This document shows positions 38,643 to 46,366 of a stretch of DNA of 64,000 nt, in pieces. The translations under genes and the position numbers were made by a program. The notes under the pieces are model-generated. The model ran no database searches and had not been told where the DNA came from. It saw only the letters and a list, made by a program, of their open reading frames with translations. The number at the start of each line of letters is the position of its first letter. Position 1 is the first letter of the stretch. Source of the DNA: a virus; the IMG/VR virus record IMGVR_UViG_3300047476_000982, positions 32,001 through 96,000 of that record. The stretch is one strand, 5' to 3'.

Positions 38643-39263
38643 TTAATTTCCACTTTGATTTATATCATAGTAATAGGAGTCTGAGTCTTCGGATACCCAC
38701 CTATCAGAAACAGATTCTACATTTAATAGTTCCGTATCTACTTTAATCATTTTTGGATCAATAGGAAAGTCTTTTGTTATCCAGTTAGAATCCTTCCAGT
38801 ATATCCTATTATTAGGCATACAAAGTAAATAACCATCATCTGCTACTAAAATATGGCCGCATTTGTAGTCTGATGGTTCATTTGAATAAGTATTATTCTG
38901 CCAATCTATGGTCATTAAGTATGTAGCCCAGACCGTAGTTTTATCTCTAAGAATAACTTTGCATCTTTTGTCTTTTAGGAAGTCATATTTTATAACTGCG
39001 GCATCTGAACCAAAACAATCCCATAATTGTTTAAAATAGTAAGGTATATCTTTAGTGGGAGGTTTTAAATATATTTCAGACATAGGAACTCTAGATCTAA
39101 GCATCCCGTAGTCTGTCATTACATGGAAAGTTAGTATCTTAGCATCTACAGATTGAACTCCAAAGGCGTAACAATTATGAAATATATTATCGTCTTTTTT
39201 GTCTTTTGTAAAATAAGATTGTCTAACTAAACACTTAAAAGATTCTATATTATAATTTAGCAT
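38643..39263 (-). CDS. Hypothetical phage protein (206 aa; QLWDCF, KCGH, PNNR motifs)
   Basis: ORF track. Confidence 0.75.
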   Translation of the reverse strand: MLNYNIESFKCLVRQSYFTKDKKDDNIFHNCYAFGVQSVDAKILTFHVMTDYGMLRSRVPMSEIYLKPPTKDIPYYFKQLWDCFGSDAAVIKYDFLKDKRCKVILRDKTTVWATYLMTIDWQNNTYSNEPSDYKCGHILVADDGYLLCMPNNRIYWKDSNWITKDFPIDPKMIKVDTELLNVESVSDRWVSEDSDSYYYDINQSGN

Positions 39264-39270
39264 AATTCAT

Positions 39271-39735
39271 TTACCACTTCCTACATGACCAATATCTTGC
39301 TTTCCATCTTGGTCCAGGATTAGTATCACAATGATGTCTTGCTCTAAAACTTTTTCTTCTTTTAGGATTACCTTTTTTTATTTTTACTCCTTTCTGGCCA
39401 AAGTTTACTTTAACAACGTTTCCTTTAGCATTCTTAACATACACCTTAAACTTTTTAACATCACCAGCCATTGGTTTTCCTAATTGCACTTTTCTACCTT
39501 TATATTCTGCTTCATGAAGTATATTAATATGATCTTTTATATATTGCGCTAAACATTGAGGACAAAATTCTCCTTCATTTAGTTCTTCAAGTCCTGCTTT
39601 AATTAATTTATCATAGTATTTAGGATCTTCTTTAATATGATCTAAAGCTATTTTTAAAGCTATTTTAGGATCATCAGTATGCTCCATTTCAACTTCAATA
39701 CCTTTTTTTATTTGAGATAATAAAGCTTTATCCAT
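39271..39735 (-). CDS. Two-module protein (DUF5661-like plus basic DUF6321-like)
   Basis: KGIEVEMEHT..IALDHIKEDPKYY; KVYVK...VKVNFG...RRKSFRARH.C; the modules are joined by LNE/LHE. Confidence 0.65.
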   Translation of the reverse strand: MDKALLSQIKKGIEVEMEHTDDPKIALKIALDHIKEDPKYYDKLIKAGLEELNEGEFCPQCLAQYIKDHINILHEAEYKGRKVQLGKPMAGDVKKFKVYVKNAKGNVVKVNFGQKGVKIKKGNPKRRKSFRARHHCDTNPGPRWKARYWSCRKW

Positions 39736-40106
39736 TACTGTAAGAATTTAAGTTTATACTTAGTATCTTCTATTAGTTTAACTACAGTATCAACTTCATT
39801 TTGAATATAAGAATCTTGAGGAATATCTTGCCTAATCATTTCTACAAACTTAGAAAGTCCTTCAAAATACATTTTAGGATTATTATCTTCACGAATAGCT
39901 TCAGGCATTTTATAACCTGTTATAATCCCATAACGACCTTGCAATCCTTCTGCAATTCCATCTATTAAAGGTACTATATCTTCATAGTATTCTTGTAAAG
40001 CTTTATGAGCCGCAAAAGAGCCTGGGCCTTGGATTTGTAAATGATAAATGTGAGCCTGATTTCTAGACTGCATTAATGTTCCAAGAAATAAACCTAAAGC
40101 CTCCAT
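39735..40106 (-). CDS. Dps/ferritin-like four-helix protein (DUF5856-like)
   Basis: HIYHLQ..SFAAHKALQEYYE.IVPLIDGIAE resembles the Dps ferroxidase-helix pattern. Confidence 0.6.
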   Translation of the reverse strand: MEALGLFLGTLMQSRNQAHIYHLQIQGPGSFAAHKALQEYYEDIVPLIDGIAEGLQGRYGIITGYKMPEAIREDNNPKMYFEGLSKFVEMIRQDIPQDSYIQNEVDTVVKLIEDTKYKLKFLQ

Positions 40107-40744
40107 TATTTTTCTTTTTTCTCTTCTTTCTTGTCTTCTACTTTCTCAACATTCTTTTTGCTCTTCTCAATCTTTTCCATCTTACTCATAAGATCATCTA
40201 TTTGTGTAGCAATCTTGGCAATATGTTCTTTGTGTTTAGAAGCATTTTTAGGATCTTCTTTAGCCATATCAACGTGCTCTTTACGCTTTTTTTCAAGATG
40301 ATCGATAGTCTTTTTTAATTTGTCTCCAACTTTTCCTTTCTTTTCTTCAAGTTGTAAAGCTTCATCCATACAAGACTTATAAGCTTCAGCAGCAATTGCT
40401 TGTGCTTCTTCAGCATTTACATGTACAGAATGCACATCTTCCATACCTATATTTAAAGGTTGAATTCCTTCAAGTGGATTTAATTCTAATACTAAATCTG
40501 ATTCATTCATATCTGCATTAGGTTTGCGTACTATATACATAGAGGCTACTCCCATATTTTCTTTCTTAACTTTTTTAGGAAGGCCTTTATGTTTAGTTGC
40601 AGCGAAGTCTTTTACATCGCCTTTTTTCATTGATTTAGCCATTTCTTTTGCTTTTCCTGATGCTTGTGAAGGTTTTATATCTCCTTTTTGAAGGGCATGA
40701 ACTATACCCATTAATTTTTGTTGTTGTTTAGATGCTGCTGGCAT
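40106..40744 (-). CDS. Modular Lys-rich protein (MPAASKQQQK...TKHKGLP N-terminal module)
   Basis: ORF track; late motif upstream. Confidence 0.7.
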   Translation of the reverse strand: MPAASKQQQKLMGIVHALQKGDIKPSQASGKAKEMAKSMKKGDVKDFAATKHKGLPKKVKKENMGVASMYIVRKPNADMNESDLVLELNPLEGIQPLNIGMEDVHSVHVNAEEAQAIAAEAYKSCMDEALQLEEKKGKVGDKLKKTIDHLEKKRKEHVDMAKEDPKNASKHKEHIAKIATQIDDLMSKMEKIEKSKKNVEKVEDKKEEKKEK

Positions 40745-40758
40745 ACTATATAGATTTA

Positions 40759-41337
40759 CTAATAAATATCTGTTTTCCTAAACTCCTCTATCTTTTCTTT
40801 AAGCTGTTTATATAACTGAGATTTGTCTCCACCATGCCAATTTTCTACATCTCCTTGTTCAGTTACAAATGTGTCTTTTTCCTCAAGCCATGAATCCAAG
40901 GCCTGTTCAAATTCTTCAAGACTAGCATTCTTATTCATATTAAGAATATTCTTCTCATATTCCTCATACTTTCCTTCAAGCTTTAGTTTAGCCTCCATAT
41001 CAACAACACAGTTCAAACACATTTTATGTACAGAGTACATCTTCTTATTTAATTCATTTGCCTTCATAGGCTTCTTACAACTAGGACACGTAAGAGGTAA
41101 AGATACTAAGTGTTTGAATTTATCTAGCTTGGTAATAGATTGTTTTATACCATTCTTAATGGTCCACTTCTTTCCATCCTCTTCCCAAGTATCACCCTCT
41201 TTGTGCTCCTCTATTTTATTTTCCCAACCTCCGAGTATTTGAGTTTTATCACCAGTTTTACCAGTGATAATGTTTCTCATTCTTTGAACGTCTTTTTGTT
41301 TGAATTCTTTTTTTAGAGTAGAATCTTTTGGTAACAT
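40759..41337 (-). CDS. Hypothetical protein with a CxxC...CxxC zinc-finger
   Basis: LTCPSCKKPM...HKMCLNCV. Confidence 0.7.
   Translation of the reverse strand: MLPKDSTLKKEFKQKDVQRMRNIITGKTGDKTQILGGWENKIEEHKEGDTWEEDGKKWTIKNGIKQSITKLDKFKHLVSLPLTCPSCKKPMKANELNKKMYSVHKMCLNCVVDMEAKLKLEGKYEEYEKNILNMNKNASLEEFEQALDSWLEEKDTFVTEQGDVENWHGGDKSQLYKQLKEKIEEFRKTDIY
40762..40769 (-). promoter_or_regulatory. ATATTTAT putative late promoter
   Basis: Upstream of the gene starting at 40744. Confidence 0.6.
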
Positions 41338-41339
41338 AA

Positions 41340-42233
41340 CTATTTTATTCTAAATTTACTTAATATATCTTTTGTTTTATTAATATCTTTATGCATTATT
41401 GCAATCCCGCCTAATGCTTTCCAAGGAGCAAGATTCGGCCAATAATCATCTATTAGCATAGAGTTCTTAGGATCAGCTGTCATCATAGAATGCTTATCTC
41501 CTGTTTGAGCAAATAGAATTTTTTTAGGTTGAGGATTTAAATTATTTTCTATCCACATTTTTTTTCCTTCTTTAGCAAACTCAAATTTACTAGGACTAGT
41601 TAAAATATACGGTTTATATTTTCCTATAATAGACCATAATTCTTTACCTCCAGGCATCCAATTCATTTTGGCCCAGAAGTCAATACCAGCTTCATTTACT
41701 GCAACTTCAAATGCTTTAGAACCTTTTTCTGTATAATATTCTCTAGGTTGAACTCCATAAAAGTGTTCAAATCTTTCATCAAAATCACATAGAACTCCAT
41801 CCATATCACAATAGATTTGAATACCTCCAGTTTGTTCTACTTCATATATTTGTTTTAAGCTAGGTAGAAGAGATTCGTAAATAAGATCATTACTCTTACC
41901 ATAATCTCTCATCATCATACCAGCTAGTGCATTTGCTTGATTCTCTATATTAGAACCGGTTTTGCCTGCATCTGCATATAATTTACCTAATTCATTTTGT
42001 TTATGATGAACTAATTCATGACATAAAGTTCTAAGTATGTCTGCTAGATTTCTATTACCTATATAAACATCTAAATGTTTTTGATTTGGATCATATTGTC
42101 CAAAACTTCTTTTTTCAGTAGCCCATTCACGATCATTTAAAAACCTAATTGTAGGAAGTTTATCTATATCAAGTTTATTTTTTACAAACTGTATAAAATC
42201 CTCTATTATTTCTTGTCTTTGTTCTGGTGTCAT
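41340..42233 (-). CDS. Fusion: HEXXH zinc-metallopeptidase-like domain plus HAD 5'(3')-nucleotidase-like domain
   Basis: RTLCHELVHHKQ; IYCDMDGVLCDF, ILTSP, LIDDY (HAD motifs I, II and IV). Confidence 0.8.
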   Translation of the reverse strand: MTPEQRQEIIEDFIQFVKNKLDIDKLPTIRFLNDREWATEKRSFGQYDPNQKHLDVYIGNRNLADILRTLCHELVHHKQNELGKLYADAGKTGSNIENQANALAGMMMRDYGKSNDLIYESLLPSLKQIYEVEQTGGIQIYCDMDGVLCDFDERFEHFYGVQPREYYTEKGSKAFEVAVNEAGIDFWAKMNWMPGGKELWSIIGKYKPYILTSPSKFEFAKEGKKMWIENNLNPQPKKILFAQTGDKHSMMTADPKNSMLIDDYWPNLAPWKALGGIAIMHKDINKTKDILSKFRIK

Positions 42234-42820
42234 TTCATTATTTTCAATAATCTTCCAAATACATCTTTAGCTACTCCCTTATTATATGCTGAGTCTGGGA
42301 TAAACTTAACAAACTCTTCAAAGTTACCATCTTTAATTGTAGCTCTCATTTGAGTTGCAGATATTCTACCAAATTGTGCAGGTATAATTTGAGGTCTTAT
42401 TTTATTAGGGAATCTTTTTTGTATAGAATCAAAATATCCTAATTCTGTTTGTTCTTCTTCACCTGATGCAACATAAACTGGATCAATATCTGGGTTCTCT
42501 GCCATAAAAGAAAAGATATCTTTTATAGGTGTTGACTCTTTAGATATTGATACTTCTATTTTAGGATTAGGTTCTGCTTTTAAATATTCTTGCCAAATAT
42601 AAAGAGAATCTTCAGGAGTTATACCGTACTTAGTAACATTAGATATAACAACATATACCTTATTAATATAATTTAGTGATGCTAAATACTTTGCAGCTTC
42701 AAAATGTCCTTTATGAGGAGGCTTAAATTTACCAGGGTAAAAACAAGGGCCTACATCTGGAGATGCTTCTTTTAATATATCCTCTGCTATCTGTCTTCCT
42801 AGTTGTTCGAAGTTAATCAT
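42230..42820 (-). CDS. HxGH-family nucleotidyltransferase (cytidylyltransferase/NadD-like)
   Basis: PGKFKPPHKGH and ISATQMR motifs. Confidence 0.8.
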   Translation of the reverse strand: MINFEQLGRQIAEDILKEASPDVGPCFYPGKFKPPHKGHFEAAKYLASLNYINKVYVVISNVTKYGITPEDSLYIWQEYLKAEPNPKIEVSISKESTPIKDIFSFMAENPDIDPVYVASGEEEQTELGYFDSIQKRFPNKIRPQIIPAQFGRISATQMRATIKDGNFEEFVKFIPDSAYNKGVAKDVFGRLLKIMK

Positions 42821-43605
42821 GACTTAATAAATGATTTTGCTTTAGACACAACATTTTCAATACTATCATCTTTTAAAGACTCAACTTGCTTTTCTATATC
42901 TTCAAATTGTCCTGATAAGATGTCTATTTGTTTATCCACTAACTCTTTAGATTTTGCTTTCTCCTCAGGTGATTTTTCCTTGGCGGGATCTTTTCTAAAG
43001 GTAGAAGTAAATTGTCCAGAAGATAATAGCTCAGAAAAGAATTCTTTTAATTTACCAGAATTGTAGGCTTTCATAAAAGCGTCTACCATTTTCTTTTCAG
43101 CAGGACTTACATCAGTTTGAACTAGTAAAAAATTATCTCCAAACATACTTTTATATGTAGAGATATTTTTATATACGTTATTCCAACTTGACAATACTCC
43201 AACTGTTGGTACCTTTCTTTCTCTCTTAAAGTTTCTTAAGAAGCTAACTACTGGATTGGTGTAGACCATAATCATCATTACATCGTATCCAGCAGATTCT
43301 ATACCCTTCACTCTTTCTACATTTGTTCCTGTAGTATCGTAAAGAAAGTTTTTTCCTGATTTTATTGCATTAGGAAGATCAACTTTCTCGATATAACTAG
43401 AAGCTTTGCCCAGACTATTATACATAGGACTATCTTTGTCTTCTACATACTTGTCTGCATTTAGTTCTTCCCAGCCTGCTTTTTGAAGATCTGGTTGTAA
43501 TTGCCTAACTACACTGGACTTGCCTGCACCTGCTCCGCCAGCCATAACAATAGCCTTACTACCATTTTCAGGTTGTTCTTTTAATAAATCTAGTAGCTTA
43601 ATCAT
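42817..43605 (-). CDS. P-loop kinase (zeta-toxin/AAA_33-like)
   Basis: MAGGAGAGKS Walker A, LNADKY, FLYDTTG; preceded by the MIKLLDLLKE tag. Confidence 0.8.
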   Translation of the reverse strand: MIKLLDLLKEQPENGSKAIVMAGGAGAGKSSVVRQLQPDLQKAGWEELNADKYVEDKDSPMYNSLGKASSYIEKVDLPNAIKSGKNFLYDTTGTNVERVKGIESAGYDVMMIMVYTNPVVSFLRNFKRERKVPTVGVLSSWNNVYKNISTYKSMFGDNFLLVQTDVSPAEKKMVDAFMKAYNSGKLKEFFSELLSSGQFTSTFRKDPAKEKSPEEKAKSKELVDKQIDILSGQFEDIEKQVESLKDDSIENVVSKAKSFIKS

Positions 43606-43612
43606 ACTACTA

Positions 43613-43620
43613 ATAAATAT
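43613..43620 (-). promoter_or_regulatory. ATATTTAT putative late promoter for the kinase operon
   Basis: 7 nt upstream of the ATG at 43605. Confidence 0.65.
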
Positions 43621-44414
43621 TAATCTGTAAGTTTAACGGTATTAGGCAGAGTAAGTAATTCAATCTCAGACTCAGGATGCATAATCTTATAAGTCTCATA
43701 GGTATGCAAGAACATACTAAAGTACTCGTCAACTGTCTTCTTTCCTTCAATTATTTCCCAACCTGCACCTTGCATTTTTTTGCCTGCCTTATCTGCCCCT
43801 CTTTTAGAAGATTTAAGCCATATGATACCGTTACGATCCACTTTTTGGAGGTATCTTTCTTCATAAGCTTTAGTGTAGGCTGACATTTGTAAGTAGTAGC
43901 TTTCATGAACTGAGTTTGATGTTTTGATATCTAATAACCACTTTTCTCCTTTAATATCTACCAATAGATCTAAAGTACCAGAATATTTGTAGGTGTCACT
44001 AAACATGAATTCTTCTGATAGTAAAAGAGTTGGTTTGTAGGTTGTCCAGAAGTCTGTAAAACTTAAAATCATTTTCCATACATGTGTATGATAATTAACT
44101 TTACCATCAGGTTCAATCCATCTAATTTCTTCACCCTTTAAGAATTTTTCTACGGCATTGTGGACTTGAGTTCCCTCATCGCCAGCGCGACGCATAACAA
44201 TATCAGCATTATGGCCCATGTCTTTAATCCAAGTTTCGAAAAAAGCACCTTTCGGAAAGTAACCAAGAATTGTGGTAACAGACGGATAAAAAACCCCAGG
44301 CGATCTTTGATAATATCTAGAATCATGTAATGTAATTTGTCTAAGTTCAGGATCTGTTTCAACGATTCTTTTTAAGAACTTGTCTCGATAGACATTCTTG
44401 TTTTGTTCGATCAT
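43620..44414 (-). CDS. PD-(D/E)xK exonuclease (RecB/Cas4-like)
   Basis: YPSVTTIL, GTQVH, YSGTLDLL, LLDIKTS, LQMSAY. Confidence 0.85.
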   Translation of the reverse strand: MIEQNKNVYRDKFLKRIVETDPELRQITLHDSRYYQRSPGVFYPSVTTILGYFPKGAFFETWIKDMGHNADIVMRRAGDEGTQVHNAVEKFLKGEEIRWIEPDGKVNYHTHVWKMILSFTDFWTTYKPTLLLSEEFMFSDTYKYSGTLDLLVDIKGEKWLLDIKTSNSVHESYYLQMSAYTKAYEERYLQKVDRNGIIWLKSSKRGADKAGKKMQGAGWEIIEGKKTVDEYFSMFLHTYETYKIMHPESEIELLTLPNTVKLTD

Positions 44415-45340
44415 ATTAGTTGTATTTTTTTGAGAAGCAGGTCTCCGAAAGACAGTGGCTTCGCAGTATGTAATAACTTGGTCATATTATTAAAACCAAG
44501 GTCAGAAGGATCTTTACCTTCTAATTCTATTAAATAAACTTCTTTACCTAAATTAAGAAGATTTTGTGAATAATCTAGTGCTTCTTTAAGAGCATCTTTG
44601 TCTAATGCCAAATATACTGTTTTTACTTCAGATTCTACTAATTTCATCATGAGTGACTGAGGAATAGTTTTACCAAATAAAGGAATAGCATTACGTTTAA
44701 TTGCAATAGCATCAAAAATACCTTCACATAATATAACAGGAATAGACCAATTAATAAAATACTCTAGACCTATAAGTTCTGTTTTATTACAACTAGGAGC
44801 ATCATATTTACGAGAAGGATCAGGTTCAAATGATCTAGCAATAAAATAATTTACATTTCCATCTTTATCATATGAAGGCACTATAATTCTATTTCTGTAT
44901 CTTCCTGTTTTACAGTATCCAATATTATACTTTTGTATATCTTTAATAGAAATGTTTCTTTTCTTTAAATAGGCTAAAGCATGTCTACACTCAAGAGATT
45001 TATCTGGATTATATAATGAAATGAATTCTTCCGGTAGGGTTACTTTATTTGGTTTAGTAGTATCAATCTTTGTATTATCTCCTTGAAAATAGTTTTTCAT
45101 TTCGATAATTTTTTCAGTAGGAGCATCTACTTTTTTTAATAGCGACACTGGTGTTTTGCCTTTAGTAGCAGGGTGACAAGTCCAACAATTATATTGTCCA
45201 GACTTAATATTCACTATTAACTTAGGATTATGATGCTTACAAACTGGGCAATAGAATGCATAATCCATAGTGGTTTTAGATCCTTTTCCTTTACCAAGAA
45301 CTGTTTCTAATAATCCTAATACGAGTAACTCTTTGTCCAT
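44411..45340 (-). CDS. DNA primase (zinc-binding domain plus TOPRIM)
   Basis: YCPVCKHH...NCWTC zinc finger; ILCEGIFDA and LALDKDA TOPRIM motifs. Confidence 0.9.
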   Translation of the reverse strand: MDKELLVLGLLETVLGKGKGSKTTMDYAFYCPVCKHHNPKLIVNIKSGQYNCWTCHPATKGKTPVSLLKKVDAPTEKIIEMKNYFQGDNTKIDTTKPNKVTLPEEFISLYNPDKSLECRHALAYLKKRNISIKDIQKYNIGYCKTGRYRNRIIVPSYDKDGNVNYFIARSFEPDPSRKYDAPSCNKTELIGLEYFINWSIPVILCEGIFDAIAIKRNAIPLFGKTIPQSLMMKLVESEVKTVYLALDKDALKEALDYSQNLLNLGKEVYLIELEGKDPSDLGFNNMTKLLHTAKPLSFGDLLLKKIQLI

Positions 45341-45344
45341 TTAT

Positions 45345-45352
45345 CAAATATA
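45345..45352 (-). promoter_or_regulatory. TATATTTG, exact match to the Bacteroidota -7 box TAnnTTTG
   Basis: 4 nt upstream of the primase ATG. Confidence 0.6.
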
Positions 45353-45375
45353 AGACAAAAAAATGACATAAAAAA

Positions 45376-45383
45376 ATATTTAT
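45376..45383 (+). promoter_or_regulatory. ATATTTAT motif at the strand switch
   Basis: Plus-strand copy upstream of the structured non-coding region. Confidence 0.4.
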
Positions 45384-45413
45384 TAAAAAAAATTTTTCTG
45401 TTTCAAATATTTG

Positions 45414-45424
45414 TTGTATATTGG
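45414..45424 (+). promoter_or_regulatory. TTGTATATTGG putative early/host-type promoter
   Basis: One mismatch from TAnnTTTG; immediately precedes the structured region. Confidence 0.5.
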
Positions 45425-45690
45425 TAAAACTAATGTCGTATACTCAGGCTCTATGCCATAGCTTGGTTAAATTCCATGAGTGAGTTTTAGAATGAGTAAG
45501 CAACACGACTACCAGGAGTAAAGACCAATATATGCTTCAGGTATACAAAAATAGTTGGTAGTGAAAGCCTAAAATAATATCGGCCATATCCGACGGTTTA
45601 GTCCGCTAAAGGATTTTAGATATAAGCTACAGATGAAAAACAAAGTCAATTACACTCTAAAAAAAGGCTAAATACCTTTAAACTAGCTAT
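45425..45690 (+). ncRNA. Candidate structured non-coding RNA of unknown class
   Basis: Only very short ORFs; richer in G+C than the flanking A/T tracts; at least 8 complementary helices including a possible pseudoknot. Confidence 0.55.
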
Positions 45691-45691
45691 T

Positions 45692-45859
45692 ATGCAAGTA
45701 GAAGATTTTCAAATAGAAGGAGATAAAATAACAGAAGAGCAATTAAATGCACTATATATTTACTTATCGATGACATTTGATACTATGAAAGACGAAGAAA
45801 AAATGACGTGGTATCAAATAATGCAAAAAATAGATAAAGAATTTTATGAACAAGATTAA
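45692..45859 (+). CDS. Small hypothetical protein (55 aa, MQVEDFQIEGDKITEEQLNALYIYL...)
   Basis: Manual translation; overlaps the next gene. Confidence 0.65.
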   Translation: MQVEDFQIEGDKITEEQLNALYIYLSMTFDTMKDEEKMTWYQIMQKIDKEFYEQD

Positions 45860-46166
45860 ATTATTATTACTAGAAGGTTGTAGTAAGTGTGAAAAACTAA
45901 AGCAAGAATTAGGTAGAAACTATATTCATTACGATTATGAAGTTTGTAAATCGGATACGGAACTTTGTGATTCTATTGAAGATTTAATAGGATGCTCTAA
46001 CTATCCTATAGTATTAAAAATGATAAATACTAACTTTATAGAAGAAATAATTTATATAGCAAATATATATGAAGATATAAATAAAAAAATTATATTTAAT
46101 GATAAAATTAAAGGTAAAGCATTTCACTCTATAGATCAATTGATAGAGTATACAATAAAGTTGTAA
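45846..46166 (+). CDS. Glutaredoxin/thioredoxin-fold protein
   Basis: LLLLEGCSKCEKLK CxxC motif; NYP cis-Pro-like motif. Confidence 0.65.
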   Translation: MNKIKLLLLEGCSKCEKLKQELGRNYIHYDYEVCKSDTELCDSIEDLIGCSNYPIVLKMINTNFIEEIIYIANIYEDINKKIIFNDKIKGKAFHSIDQLIEYTIKL

Positions 46167-46175
46167 ATTTATAGT

Positions 46176-46352
46176 ATGAAATATAAACAATTAATATTAA
46201 GGAAAATATTCGAATTAAATAATTTGATAAATTCCCAAAGAGCTTTAGTATCTACTGCTAGATCACAAGATGAAATTAATTTTCATTTAGATAGAATAAA
46301 ATCTAAAATAGAAGAAATTGAAGTCTTAATAAATAGTGAAAGTGAATTCTAA
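46176..46352 (+). CDS. Small helical hypothetical protein (58 aa, MKYKQLILRKIFELNNL...)
   Basis: Manual translation; fills the gap in the operon. Confidence 0.65.
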   Translation: MKYKQLILRKIFELNNLINSQRALVSTARSQDEINFHLDRIKSKIEEIEVLINSESEF

Positions 46353-46366
46353 ATAAAAAATAAGTT

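Noticed and set aside
42817-43605. Classical epsilon-zeta toxin-antitoxin pair
   Set aside because: No small antitoxin-like gene adjoins; the neighbours are an exonuclease and a nucleotidyltransferase, and the gene has its own late motif.
43620-44414. CRISPR-Cas locus (Cas4-like nuclease)
   Set aside because: No repeat-spacer array or other cas genes were seen; it is coupled to primase, as is usual for replication nucleases.
45558-45640. Hammerhead ribozyme (GAAA ... CAGATGA)
   Set aside because: The core would need CUGAnGA and a stem I between the cleavage site and the core; neither is present.
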